Shown: one piece after another, positions 26,506 to 33,968 of the stretch
How positions within the stretch are numbered: position 1 is the first letter of the stretch
Layout of the letters: every line of letters starts with the position of its first letter
NCBI GenBank assembly: GCA_024275655.1
Contig: JAJRYR010000040.1
Coordinates: 1-53,177, forward strand
DNA length: 53,177 nucleotides
Direction of reading: 5' to 3'
DNA from: an archaeon
Lineage (GTDB): Archaea > B1Sed10-29 > WALL01 > WAMD01
Program-made: the position numbers and the translations under genes
The notes under the pieces: generated by a model
Seen by the model: only the letters and a program-made list of their open reading frames with translations
Told to the model about the DNA's origin: nothing
The model's database searches: none

Positions 26506-27081
26506 TCAGAACCTTCTCTTTCTATGCCTTTCTCCTGCCTCAGGGGGCCTCACAAATATGTAGTACTTGGCCTCCCCTCTAAGTTCCTCAAGCACCTTCT
26601 CCTTTATCATCCTAACTGGGTCCGGAAGAAGCTTAACTCTGGAGGACAAGTCCTGGAAGCTCTCAAAGGGCTTCTTTTCCCTCTCTTCCAGTATCTCCTG
26701 CATATGCTTCTTCCCAATGCCTGGCAAAAGTTCTAGGGAGTGCATTCTAATGGTAACTGGCCCTGCCTTGTTGAAAAACTCGACAAACTTTTTCTCATTT
26801 TCAAGTATGATGGTCTCAATTGCCTTTTCCAATTCCTCTTGAGCAGTGTGAGTGAGCTTTGAATATGGAAGTCTACCCTTTATCCTCTCAATCTCTGGTC
26901 TCTTATCTGGACCAATATAAACCTTCTGCTGAAGAAGTAGATTGATACCTCTCCTAGGCACCAATTCAAGCAAGGTAAAATACCGAGTACCCAAAGCTTG
27001 CGCTATTGGTTCGTTCGAATATGAGTTCGGATATCCTGTTGGCAGGAAATCCAATACTATCGCGTAATCCTCCTTTGGCAT
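26506..27081 (-). CDS. DUF655 family protein (OB fold + helix-hairpin-helix)
   Basis: MPKEDYAIVLDFLPTGYP... and LELLPGIGKKHMQEILEERE (HhH). Sits in the conserved position between rpo4 and ksgA. Confidence 0.7.
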   Translation of the reverse strand: MPKEDYAIVLDFLPTGYPNSYSNEPIAQALGTRYFTLLELVPRRGINLLLQQKVYIGPDKRPEIERIKGRLPYSKLTHTAQEELEKAIETIILENEKKFVEFFNKAGPVTIRMHSLELLPGIGKKHMQEILEEREKKPFESFQDLSSRVKLLPDPVRMIKEKVLEELRGEAKYYIFVRPPEAGERHRKRRF

Positions 27082-27101
27082 GATCCACCTCTCCTAAGGT
27101 T

Positions 27102-27431
27102 TTATAGGTACTCGGCAACAAGATCTGCCACCTGCTTGTACACGCTGGACTTTATGTCCTTAACGTCCTCCAGTATAACCTTAACATCCTCCTCGTCTTT
27201 TGGAAGATTGTTAACGATCATGACAGCATAATCCTCAGGGATACCAAGCTCAACCAGCTTGGCAGTTAACTCCCTAGCTTTCTGGACTCCCAGCTTTCCA
27301 AACTCCTTTGCATGCTCCAAAGCCCTTCTTTGCTCGTAGGTGAGCTCCTTCTCCTTCTCTACTTTTTTCAACAGGTTTGCAACTTCTGGGAGGGAAACTG
27401 GTTTCTCCTCCTTTACTTCCTTCCCAATCAT
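27102..27431 (-). CDS. rpo4: DNA-directed RNA polymerase subunit Rpo4 (RpoF)
   Basis: 109 aa: PVSLPEVANLLKKVEKEKELTYEQRRALEHAKEF....ARELTAKLVELGIPEDYAVMIVNNLPKD. The ATG overlaps the rpl21e stop. Confidence 0.75.
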   Translation of the reverse strand: MIGKEVKEEKPVSLPEVANLLKKVEKEKELTYEQRRALEHAKEFGKLGVQKARELTAKLVELGIPEDYAVMIVNNLPKDEEDVKVILEDVKDIKSSVYKQVADLVAEYL

Positions 27432-27727
27432 CTGCTCACCTCTACCCTCTTCAAATGCACAGGCGCAACAATCAATGTCTTCATCATTCCACCATCCCTA
27501 ACCTGAACCAAGTATGCCTCTCCCTGCTGACCAATAACCTTGCCTGTTCTCCCGTGGAACTTTGGATCTGGCATACCCTCATGAACGCTTGGGTCTATCT
27601 TTATTGCCACTGTCTCTCCAACATCAAACTTCTGAAGGAACTTTGTAACTGGTGGCATCCCCCTCTGCCTGGGAGACTTTCTAAGCTTCTTCCTTGTTCC
27701 TCTCCTGGAACCTCTGCTCTTCTTCAT
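27428..27727 (-). CDS. rpl21e: 50S ribosomal protein L21e
   Basis: MKKSRGSRRGTRKKLRKSPRQRGMPPVTKFLQKFDVGETVAIKIDPSVHEGMPDPKFHGRTGKV. The ATG at 27727 is preceded by GGAGGGT and preferred over the ATG at 27766. Confidence 0.9.
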   Translation of the reverse strand: MKKSRGSRRGTRKKLRKSPRQRGMPPVTKFLQKFDVGETVAIKIDPSVHEGMPDPKFHGRTGKVIGQQGEAYLVQVRDGGMMKTLIVAPVHLKRVEVSR

Positions 27728-27887
27728 CTTCAACCCTCCTATATACTGTAGACTAGCACAAACCAATTCCTTGCAGGTTTATTTTGCTAAAACTTATTTA
27801 AAAACCTAGCCCCAAAGCCAAGAAAAGTAATCTATCCCCAGTTAAAACTGGAAAAAAGTTATTTAAACCCCAACACAAAATTAGCAC

Positions 27888-28220
27888 ATGGAAGACGACG
27901 AGATAGTTCACTTCATAATAATATTCTTCGCTCTGGGAGTGGTATTCAGGACATATTTCCCAGCATTATTTGACCTAGTTCTTCTCAGCATGGCTGTTGT
28001 GGGAACTGGCTACTTCGTCCTGGGCGTGGTCTCTAGAGTACTTTCTGGATTATCCGGCAAGAACTTCGTTTGGGCGAAGGACTGGTGGCACGGACTTGCC
28101 ATCTTGTTGATGGTTGGCCTGATCTTTGGTAGGATGGATCTAGCAGTTGGTACTGTAATGTGGGTTGTAAACGCTGCCTTGAGAGCAGTTCTCTGGGTCT
28201 TAACTGGTTTCGGGGGTTAA
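27888..28220 (+). CDS. Small membrane protein (3 predicted TM segments), hypothetical
   Basis: 110-aa hydrophobic ORF. TTATTTAAA lies about 25 nt upstream, so the transcript is probably leaderless. Confidence 0.5.
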   Translation: MEDDEIVHFIIIFFALGVVFRTYFPALFDLVLLSMAVVGTGYFVLGVVSRVLSGLSGKNFVWAKDWWHGLAILLMVGLIFGRMDLAVGTVMWVVNAALRAVLWVLTGFGG

Positions 28221-28229
28221 CTGGAAAAG

Positions 28230-28256
28230 GTATTTAAATACCCTGGTTTATAAATA
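28230..28256 (+). promoter_or_regulatory. Two TATA-like boxes upstream of the half-TBP gene
   Basis: Palindromic GTATTTAAATAC (28230-28241) and TTTATAAATA (28247-28256). GGGGTGG at 28271-28277 lies before the ATG at 28283. Confidence 0.35.
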
Positions 28257-28282
28257 GCCTAGAAATTTCTGGGGTGGTTTAA

Positions 28283-28555
28283 ATGGTAGAGATAACCTTC
28301 AGAATAGAAAACATTGTGGCTTCTGCAAACCTGAATGCTGATATAGACCTATATGCTCTAGCCAGGGAGTTAGACAATGTTGAGTATGAACCTGAGCAGT
28401 TTCCAGGTGCAATCTTAAAGCTAAAGGATCCAAAGACTAGTCTGCTAGTATTCAAGAACGGTAAGATGATATGTACTGGAGCAAAGAGCGAAAAAGAGGT
28501 TAGGAGAGCAATAGAGAATGCAGTAAAACTAATAAGGCCATACATAAGGGACTAG
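28283..28555 (+). CDS. Single-repeat TATA-box-binding-protein-like protein (half-size TBP)
   Basis: 90 aa: RIENIVASANLNADIDLYALARELDNVEYEPEQFPGAILKLKDPKTSLLVFKNGKMICTGAKSEKEVRRAIENAV is one complete TBP repeat. The flanks are taken up by a promoter region and the 3' end of a convergent gene. Confidence 0.8.
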   Translation: MVEITFRIENIVASANLNADIDLYALARELDNVEYEPEQFPGAILKLKDPKTSLLVFKNGKMICTGAKSEKEVRRAIENAVKLIRPYIRD

Positions 28556-28570
28556 GATCAACCCCTAACC

Positions 28571-29011
28571 CTAAAAGTTTCCAAATATCCCAAAGGGCTG
28601 AACATCCTCCTCTTTCTTCTCTTCTTCCCTTTCCTTCTCCAGCTCCCCTGGTTTAAAGTGATATAGGACTATCTCGTTCACTGCCTTCTTCACTATGTCC
28701 TCTGGCTCCTCATCAGGGTATATAAGAACCTTAAATACATGCTTCTTCAGCCAGAACTCTGCCAGGCTTATCCCCAAGTTGAAATCCAATCCTAACTTCT
28801 CATCGTCTCCTAGCTGGTAGGGGATCACTGCAAAATCGCAGTTTTTATCCTCCAAAAGAATCCTAGCGGCCATCGGAGCAGAATCTATTGTGGGGATCCT
28901 GACCCGCTTTATCTCTAGAGTGGATATCTCCTTCTCAAACTCCTTCTCCACTAAATCGCATACGTCTTCCTGGCCAACCACTTGAATTATCCCAACCCTC
29001 ATCTCTCTCAC
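28571..29011 (-). CDS. Archaeal riboflavin synthase-like (lumazine-synthase fold) protein with acidic C-terminal tail
   Basis: VGIIQVV...VRIPTIDSAPMAARILLEDKNCDFAVIP resembles the MJ1184-type riboflavin synthase pattern (V.VPG..dlP.a...L.e...cD.V). Coupled to ribK. Divergent, hence low confidence. Confidence 0.4.
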   Translation of the reverse strand: MREMRVGIIQVVGQEDVCDLVEKEFEKEISTLEIKRVRIPTIDSAPMAARILLEDKNCDFAVIPYQLGDDEKLGLDFNLGISLAEFWLKKHVFKVLIYPDEEPEDIVKKAVNEIVLYHFKPGELEKEREEEKKEEDVQPFGIFGNF

Positions 29012-29385
29012 TTTGCATCCATTATTTCTATGCTCACTTCATCGCCATCTCTCAGACCAAACCAGGTTCTCAACCGCCTGTCTGAAATGACCTCTATTAT
29101 ATTGTCTGGATTATTTCGTATCTCCGGAAGAACCACCCAAACCTTGGTATTAAGCATTATGGCTGGAAATAGAAACACTGCTCCAAAGTACTTTCCCCTT
29201 TCCTTCCAGCTAGGAATAAATAATCCCTTCTCAGGATAGTGAACCGGCCCATCCACTGCAATATTCAATGTTCCTGGGAAAGGTTTAATTCCAATCTTCT
29301 CCTCTATCTTATCAGAATACTTTGCTATCCAGTACGCTCCCTCTTTAGGACCCGAAACAACCCTTCCATGATAAACCCTAGTCAT
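29008..29385 (-). CDS. ribK: CTP-dependent riboflavin kinase (archaeal RibK)
   Basis: GRVVSGPKEGAYWIAKYSDKIEEKIGIKPFPGTLNIAV, typical of the MJ0056 family. Confidence 0.75.
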   Translation of the reverse strand: MTRVYHGRVVSGPKEGAYWIAKYSDKIEEKIGIKPFPGTLNIAVDGPVHYPEKGLFIPSWKERGKYFGAVFLFPAIMLNTKVWVVLPEIRNNPDNIIEVISDRRLRTWFGLRDGDEVSIEIMDAK

Positions 29386-29451
29386 GCTACCACCTAGTAA
29401 TTTTATGGGAAAGGGATTTAATAAGAGTTAATCATAAAATAAGGAAGTGTT

Positions 29452-29524
<73 letters not shown>

Positions 29525-29546
29525 CTTCGCAAAAGGAGGTAATCAA

Positions 29547-29822
29547 ATGGTTGGAAACTGGAAGATAAAACTGAGACCGATAATCTCAATTCTGCTATTG
29601 ATTGTTTTTCTGATAGTGGCCGTAACAGGAATAGGATTAGCACAAGCACCATCTGGCAAAATCGCTCATGCAACAGCTTGGACTTTCCTAGGAATGGACA
29701 AACCTACACTAGAAAGTGCGCACACTCTTTCAGGAATTGCAATGATCGTCCTAGTAGTAGTCCACCTAGCGATAAACCTGGACATGCTAGTCAATGAGCT
29801 AAAAGTGTTGACAAGAAAGTAA
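29547..29822 (+). CDS. Small two-TM membrane protein, DUF4405-like
   Basis: The ATG at 29547 lies 7 nt after GGAGGT. The track ORF start at 29475 lies inside the tRNA. Pattern TM-loop-W..(x)..AH..SG-TM-VVHL. Confidence 0.5.
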   Translation: MVGNWKIKLRPIISILLLIVFLIVAVTGIGLAQAPSGKIAHATAWTFLGMDKPTLESAHTLSGIAMIVLVVVHLAINLDMLVNELKVLTRK

Positions 29823-29874
29823 CCTTTTTAATCCCTTTGTCCCTAATTACTGTGGGTGTTCGAAATGAGCGCCG

Positions 29875-30753
29875 GTGGACGTCTTTGCATGGATCGAATC
29901 TAGCATAGGGAAAACCCCAGTTGTAACCCTAGAGAAATCTGGTTCTGGTTTGGTTGTTGCAAAACTTGAGAGAGCAAATTTAACTGGGAGCATAAAGGAC
30001 AGGCTAGTTCTGGAAGCTTTGAAGGAGGCAATAGACCTAGGTCATGACTCAGTAGTAGAAGCGACCACTGGGAACACAGGTATAAGCCTAGCAGCCATAG
30101 GATCTGCCCTGGGACTCCATATAACAATAGTTATGCCCAAGATAATGACCAAAGAAAGACAGAAACTTATTAAGCATTATGGGGCAGAGCTTGTTCTAGC
30201 CCAGGATATGCCACACGCCAGAAACCTGGCACTTGAAATCTCTGAAAAAACTGGTGCGTACTTCCTAGATCAGTTCAACAACCCAGCAAATCTCAGGGCT
30301 GGGAAAAAACTAGGGATGGAGATTCTAGACTGGTTGAGAAAATCTGGCTTGAAACCGGACAACCTAGTGATGAGTGTCGGCACTAGTGGATCGCTGGTTG
30401 GCAGTGCTATAGTGCTAAAAGGTGCGTTCCCTAGGATGAAAGTGTACGCTACCAACCCGATTGGGCAGATAGACGGAACAAATGACGGCGTGGAAACCCC
30501 GTTCCTAAATCTAGTAGAGCTAGACGGAAAGATAGAGGTAACCCGCAAAAATGCAATAGAAACTGCTAGAGCTCTAGCAAGAACTGGGCTTGGAGTAGGA
30601 ATTTCTAGTGGTGCCAATGTGTATGCCGCAAACCAGCTACCAGGGACAACCATAACTGTACTACCGGATTCTTCTGAGAGGTATTTCTCCACGGAGCTGT
30701 TTGAAGAAAACCTTTTTATGCCGAGAAGTGATACAACAATTCAGGAGGTGTAG
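29875..30753 (+). CDS. Cysteine synthase / PLP-dependent beta-substituting enzyme (CysK/CBS family)
   Basis: IGKTPVV, PLP-lysine motif LTGSIKDR, TTGNTGISLA, GTSGSLVG. GTG start. The stop lies 2 nt before cysS. Confidence 0.8.
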   Translation: MDVFAWIESSIGKTPVVTLEKSGSGLVVAKLERANLTGSIKDRLVLEALKEAIDLGHDSVVEATTGNTGISLAAIGSALGLHITIVMPKIMTKERQKLIKHYGAELVLAQDMPHARNLALEISEKTGAYFLDQFNNPANLRAGKKLGMEILDWLRKSGLKPDNLVMSVGTSGSLVGSAIVLKGAFPRMKVYATNPIGQIDGTNDGVETPFLNLVELDGKIEVTRKNAIETARALARTGLGVGISSGANVYAANQLPGTTITVLPDSSERYFSTELFEENLFMPRSDTTIQEV

Positions 30754-30755
30754 AG

Positions 30756-32177
30756 ATGTTAAAGGTCTACAACACTTTAACGAGAAAATTGGAAGAGTTT
30801 CATCCAATCCACGAAAAAGAGAATAGGGTTTACATGTTTGTGTGTGGTCCTACTGTTTACGACTCACCACATGTCGGGCATGCCAGATCCTACGTGGCTT
30901 ACGATGTTATAGCTAAATATCTAAGATACAAAGGTTGGTCATTGTTCTACGTTCAGAACATCACTGACATTGACGACAAGATCATAAGGAGAGCCCAAGA
31001 AACTGGAAAAACCTGGAAAGAGATTGCGAGGGAATATGAGGAGGAGTATCACAGAGCAATGAAAAGGCTTTTCGTGGACTCCGTGAATCTCTATGCTAGA
31101 GCAACCGAGCACATCCCAGAGATAATTGACCAGATAAAGCGACTGATGGAAAAAGGATACGCCTATGAAACAGAGGATGGGGTGTACTTCGACATAACAA
31201 AGTTCCCAGAGTATGGAAAGCTCTCGGGCCAAAGGCTAGAGGACCTAATGGCTGGAGCAAGGGTTGAGGTTAACGAAAACAAGAGACACCCATATGACTT
31301 TGCGCTTTGGAAAAAGGCAAAACCAGGAGAACCAACTTGGGAAAGCCCCTGGGGACCAGGAAGACCTGGTTGGCACATAGAGGACACAGCAATAAGTGAA
31401 AGATACCTGGGCCAGCAGTACGACCTCCACGGCGGAGGGATGGATTTGATATTCCCTCATCATGAATGTGAGATTGCCCAAATGGAGGCCATAAGTGGTA
31501 AAAAACCTTTCGTGAGATACTGGCTGCACAATGGTTTCCTAGAGGTAAACGGAGAAAAAATGAGCAAGAGCTTGAAAAACTTCTGGACAATAGAGGACGT
31601 GCTGAAGAAAGTCAGACCAGAGGCTCTGAGATACTTCCTCCTGTCAACGCACTACCGCTCACCAATAAACTTCTCCGATGAAAACTTGGAGCAAGCCCAA
31701 AAAGCATGGGAAGGACTAGCAAAAACAGTGAGGAAACTAAAGAAACTAGCAAAGGACGGTAAGGAGGGCGAACCTAGAGAACAGGTAGTAGAAGCGCTTG
31801 AAGATATACGCAAGAGATGGGAGGATGCAATGGATGACGACTTCAACACTCCAAAAGCCCTGGCAGTTTTGCACGACTGGGCAACACTAGTCAACAGAGA
31901 GGTTGTAGAAAGTGGATTAAAGGAAGAAGCTGGGATGGCCCTAGAAATTCTAGAAAAATGGGACACAGTTTTAACACTGTTCAGGTCAATACTAGAGAGT
32001 GACGGAGGAGTCAGTGAAGAACTGGTCGAAGGCCTAATGAGGATAATAATCACAGTGAGGCAAAAGCTCAGGGAACAAAAGCTCTACGAAATAAGCGACT
32101 GGATAAGAGCAGAACTAGGGAATCTAGGGATACAGCTAAACGACAGGGGAAAGGAAACCACCTGGGAGATGACGTGA
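30756..32177 (+). CDS. cysS: Cysteine--tRNA ligase
   Basis: VCGPTVYD, HIGH motif HVGHARSY, KMSKS motif at EKMSKSL, GGGMDLIFPHHECE. Confidence 0.95.
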   Translation: MLKVYNTLTRKLEEFHPIHEKENRVYMFVCGPTVYDSPHVGHARSYVAYDVIAKYLRYKGWSLFYVQNITDIDDKIIRRAQETGKTWKEIAREYEEEYHRAMKRLFVDSVNLYARATEHIPEIIDQIKRLMEKGYAYETEDGVYFDITKFPEYGKLSGQRLEDLMAGARVEVNENKRHPYDFALWKKAKPGEPTWESPWGPGRPGWHIEDTAISERYLGQQYDLHGGGMDLIFPHHECEIAQMEAISGKKPFVRYWLHNGFLEVNGEKMSKSLKNFWTIEDVLKKVRPEALRYFLLSTHYRSPINFSDENLEQAQKAWEGLAKTVRKLKKLAKDGKEGEPREQVVEALEDIRKRWEDAMDDDFNTPKALAVLHDWATLVNREVVESGLKEEAGMALEILEKWDTVLTLFRSILESDGGVSEELVEGLMRIIITVRQKLREQKLYEISDWIRAELGNLGIQLNDRGKETTWEMT

Positions 32178-32861
32178 TCATCTCCCAAATCTCCTTTCCC
32201 TAGAAAAGTAGTCCTCTACTGCCTTATCAAATTCGGTCTCATCAAACTCCGGCCATAGTTTTTTAGAGAAGTACCACTCAGAGTATGTGGCTTGCCAGGG
32301 GAGGAATCCGCTGGTCCTAATCGTCCCGCTGGTTCTTATTATTAGGTCAGGATACGTTTTTACATAAAGGAACTCCCTCAAGTTTTCCTCGTTGAATTCC
32401 CTGCCAGAACTTGCCAAGGCCTTGAATGCATCCAAAAGCTCTGCCCTACCACCATAAGCCAAAGCCACATTTATGGTGTAGCTTCCAGTATCAAATCGCT
32501 CCATAGTTCGTTTTATCAGCTCTTGAATATCCTTCGGGAGCAGATGCAATCTTCCAACGAAATTAACCTTCACATCATATCCTTCCAACTCGTTGGATTC
32601 CAGCGCGTCCTTCAAGTACTTTCTCAGATAGGAAAACAACAGGTTTAACTCAGAGGGATCCCTCCTCAAATTCTCTGTAGACAGTGCCCAAAACGTGACT
32701 TCCTTTATGCCAAGTCCTCGATATTTTTCTCCCCATTTCAAAAGAGCATCCTTCGCCCTTTCAAATCCCTTTTGATATGCCTCAGAGTAAGTAATCCCCA
32801 TTTTCCGTGCATATCTTCTATTACCATCTGGAATAAATGCAATTGACTGTAATTCTCTCAT
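32178..32861 (-). CDS. uppS: Undecaprenyl/di-trans,poly-cis-prenyl diphosphate synthase (cis-IPTase)
   Basis: AFIPDGNRRYA, ENLRR, LIIRTSG...SGFLPWQATYSEWYF. Confidence 0.9.
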   Translation of the reverse strand: MRELQSIAFIPDGNRRYARKMGITYSEAYQKGFERAKDALLKWGEKYRGLGIKEVTFWALSTENLRRDPSELNLLFSYLRKYLKDALESNELEGYDVKVNFVGRLHLLPKDIQELIKRTMERFDTGSYTINVALAYGGRAELLDAFKALASSGREFNEENLREFLYVKTYPDLIIRTSGTIRTSGFLPWQATYSEWYFSKKLWPEFDETEFDKAVEDYFSRERRFGR

Positions 32862-32902
32862 ATTCGGCCCTCTCTAAGCTCTTTAAACTTAAAACAATTG
32901 GG

Positions 32903-32914
32903 AATATTTATATA
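32903..32914 (+). promoter_or_regulatory. TATA-like box of the pilus cluster
   Basis: AATATTTATATA ends 22 nt before the ATG at 32937, which is consistent with a leaderless first gene. Confidence 0.4.
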
Positions 32915-32936
32915 GATGGGCTTCTTTTTATTTTTG

Positions 32937-33527
32937 ATGGCAAAAAAAGGCGTTTCTCCAGTAGTGTCATATGTGCTCATACTGGCCTTACTAGTCACTA
33001 TAGCCGTTGGATCATATATATGGGCCACATACACGCAGGAACGCCTCCAAGACAGAATGGTGGTCTCCAACATGGAAAACCAGCTAGTGGGGTTGGCCAC
33101 GATAATAGAAAACGTGGCACATGGGGATGTAAACTACACTCTGACCCAAACAGTATACTACCCAAAAGGATTGCTTGAAGTCGAGTCAGATAAGGACTGG
33201 ATACGGTTCATTGTCCAAACTAACTCCGAGGTCTACCCTAAAACAGAATCCGTACCACAGACAGTGGACTACTGCACCAGCACATCAACAACCATACAGG
33301 ACAGCGAAACCACAGTAACAATGTCCAAGATCCCATTTACCAACCTATATCGGGGGGCAATTGGAAACGAGCTAGGTCAAAGAGTTGAAATGGTAATATG
33401 CTTCCCAGACATAGACCTTGTTTCCGGAGAAGGGTGCATTGGAAAATCTGGTCCTAGCAGCCGAGTAATCGTGAGAAAGATTGGGTATGCTGGAACAAAA
33501 CCAAGGGTGATGGTCCAGATATGTTAG
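32937..33527 (+). CDS. Archaeal type IV pilin-like protein (class III signal peptide, DUF1628-like N-terminus)
   Basis: MAKKG/VSPVVSYVLILALLVTIAVGSYIW: a basic leader ending in G, then a hydrophobic helix. Confidence 0.7.
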   Translation: MAKKGVSPVVSYVLILALLVTIAVGSYIWATYTQERLQDRMVVSNMENQLVGLATIIENVAHGDVNYTLTQTVYYPKGLLEVESDKDWIRFIVQTNSEVYPKTESVPQTVDYCTSTSTTIQDSETTVTMSKIPFTNLYRGAIGNELGQRVEMVICFPDIDLVSGEGCIGKSGPSSRVIVRKIGYAGTKPRVMVQIC

Positions 33528-33967
33528 GACAAGCAGAGGTTGGGTTCGTACTAAGAATTGCTCTGGGTTTCATAGTTTTAGTTAGCATGAGTTATCTAGC
33601 CTACACCTATATGGAAACAGCAGAAAAGGCAAAAATGACACAATTACTGGAAGGCCTGGCAGATTTCATCTCCAGAGAAATCGCCAGTGCAGTTATAGAA
33701 ACACCACAAAACACCACCATAATCAAAAGATACTACCTGCCAACGGTGGGGGATCCATTTGCTGGAAGCTACTTCGTGACTCTGGAAAAGTCCGGTTCGC
33801 GGGTGGTGCTGATGGCGCAATCGTATAGGTGGGCAGATGTAGGTGTTATAAAGCCTTTGTTCATTAATACATCATTGGTGGATGTTGGAGGAGTATCATC
33901 CCCCACCCTGCTATGCCTAAATGTGACCCACACTGGAAACAAATACTCTGTATACTTGGTGTGTTAA
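33521..33967 (+). CDS. Pilin-like protein (short leader MLG/QAEVGFVLRIALGFIVLV)
   Basis: N-terminal G followed by a hydrophobic helix. Overlaps the upstream pilin gene by 7 nt. Confidence 0.5.
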   Translation: MLGQAEVGFVLRIALGFIVLVSMSYLAYTYMETAEKAKMTQLLEGLADFISREIASAVIETPQNTTIIKRYYLPTVGDPFAGSYFVTLEKSGSRVVLMAQSYRWADVGVIKPLFINTSLVDVGGVSSPTLLCLNVTHTGNKYSVYLVC

Positions 33968-33968
33968 G

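Noticed and set aside
28283-28555. Half-TBP as a truncated pseudogene
   Set aside because: The ORF has its own TATA-like boxes, an SD-like site, an ATG and a clean stop. It encodes a complete repeat with all conserved blocks, and no degraded second repeat can fit in the 15 nt before the convergent gene. Truncation by an assembly error cannot be excluded without reads; this is stated in the finding.
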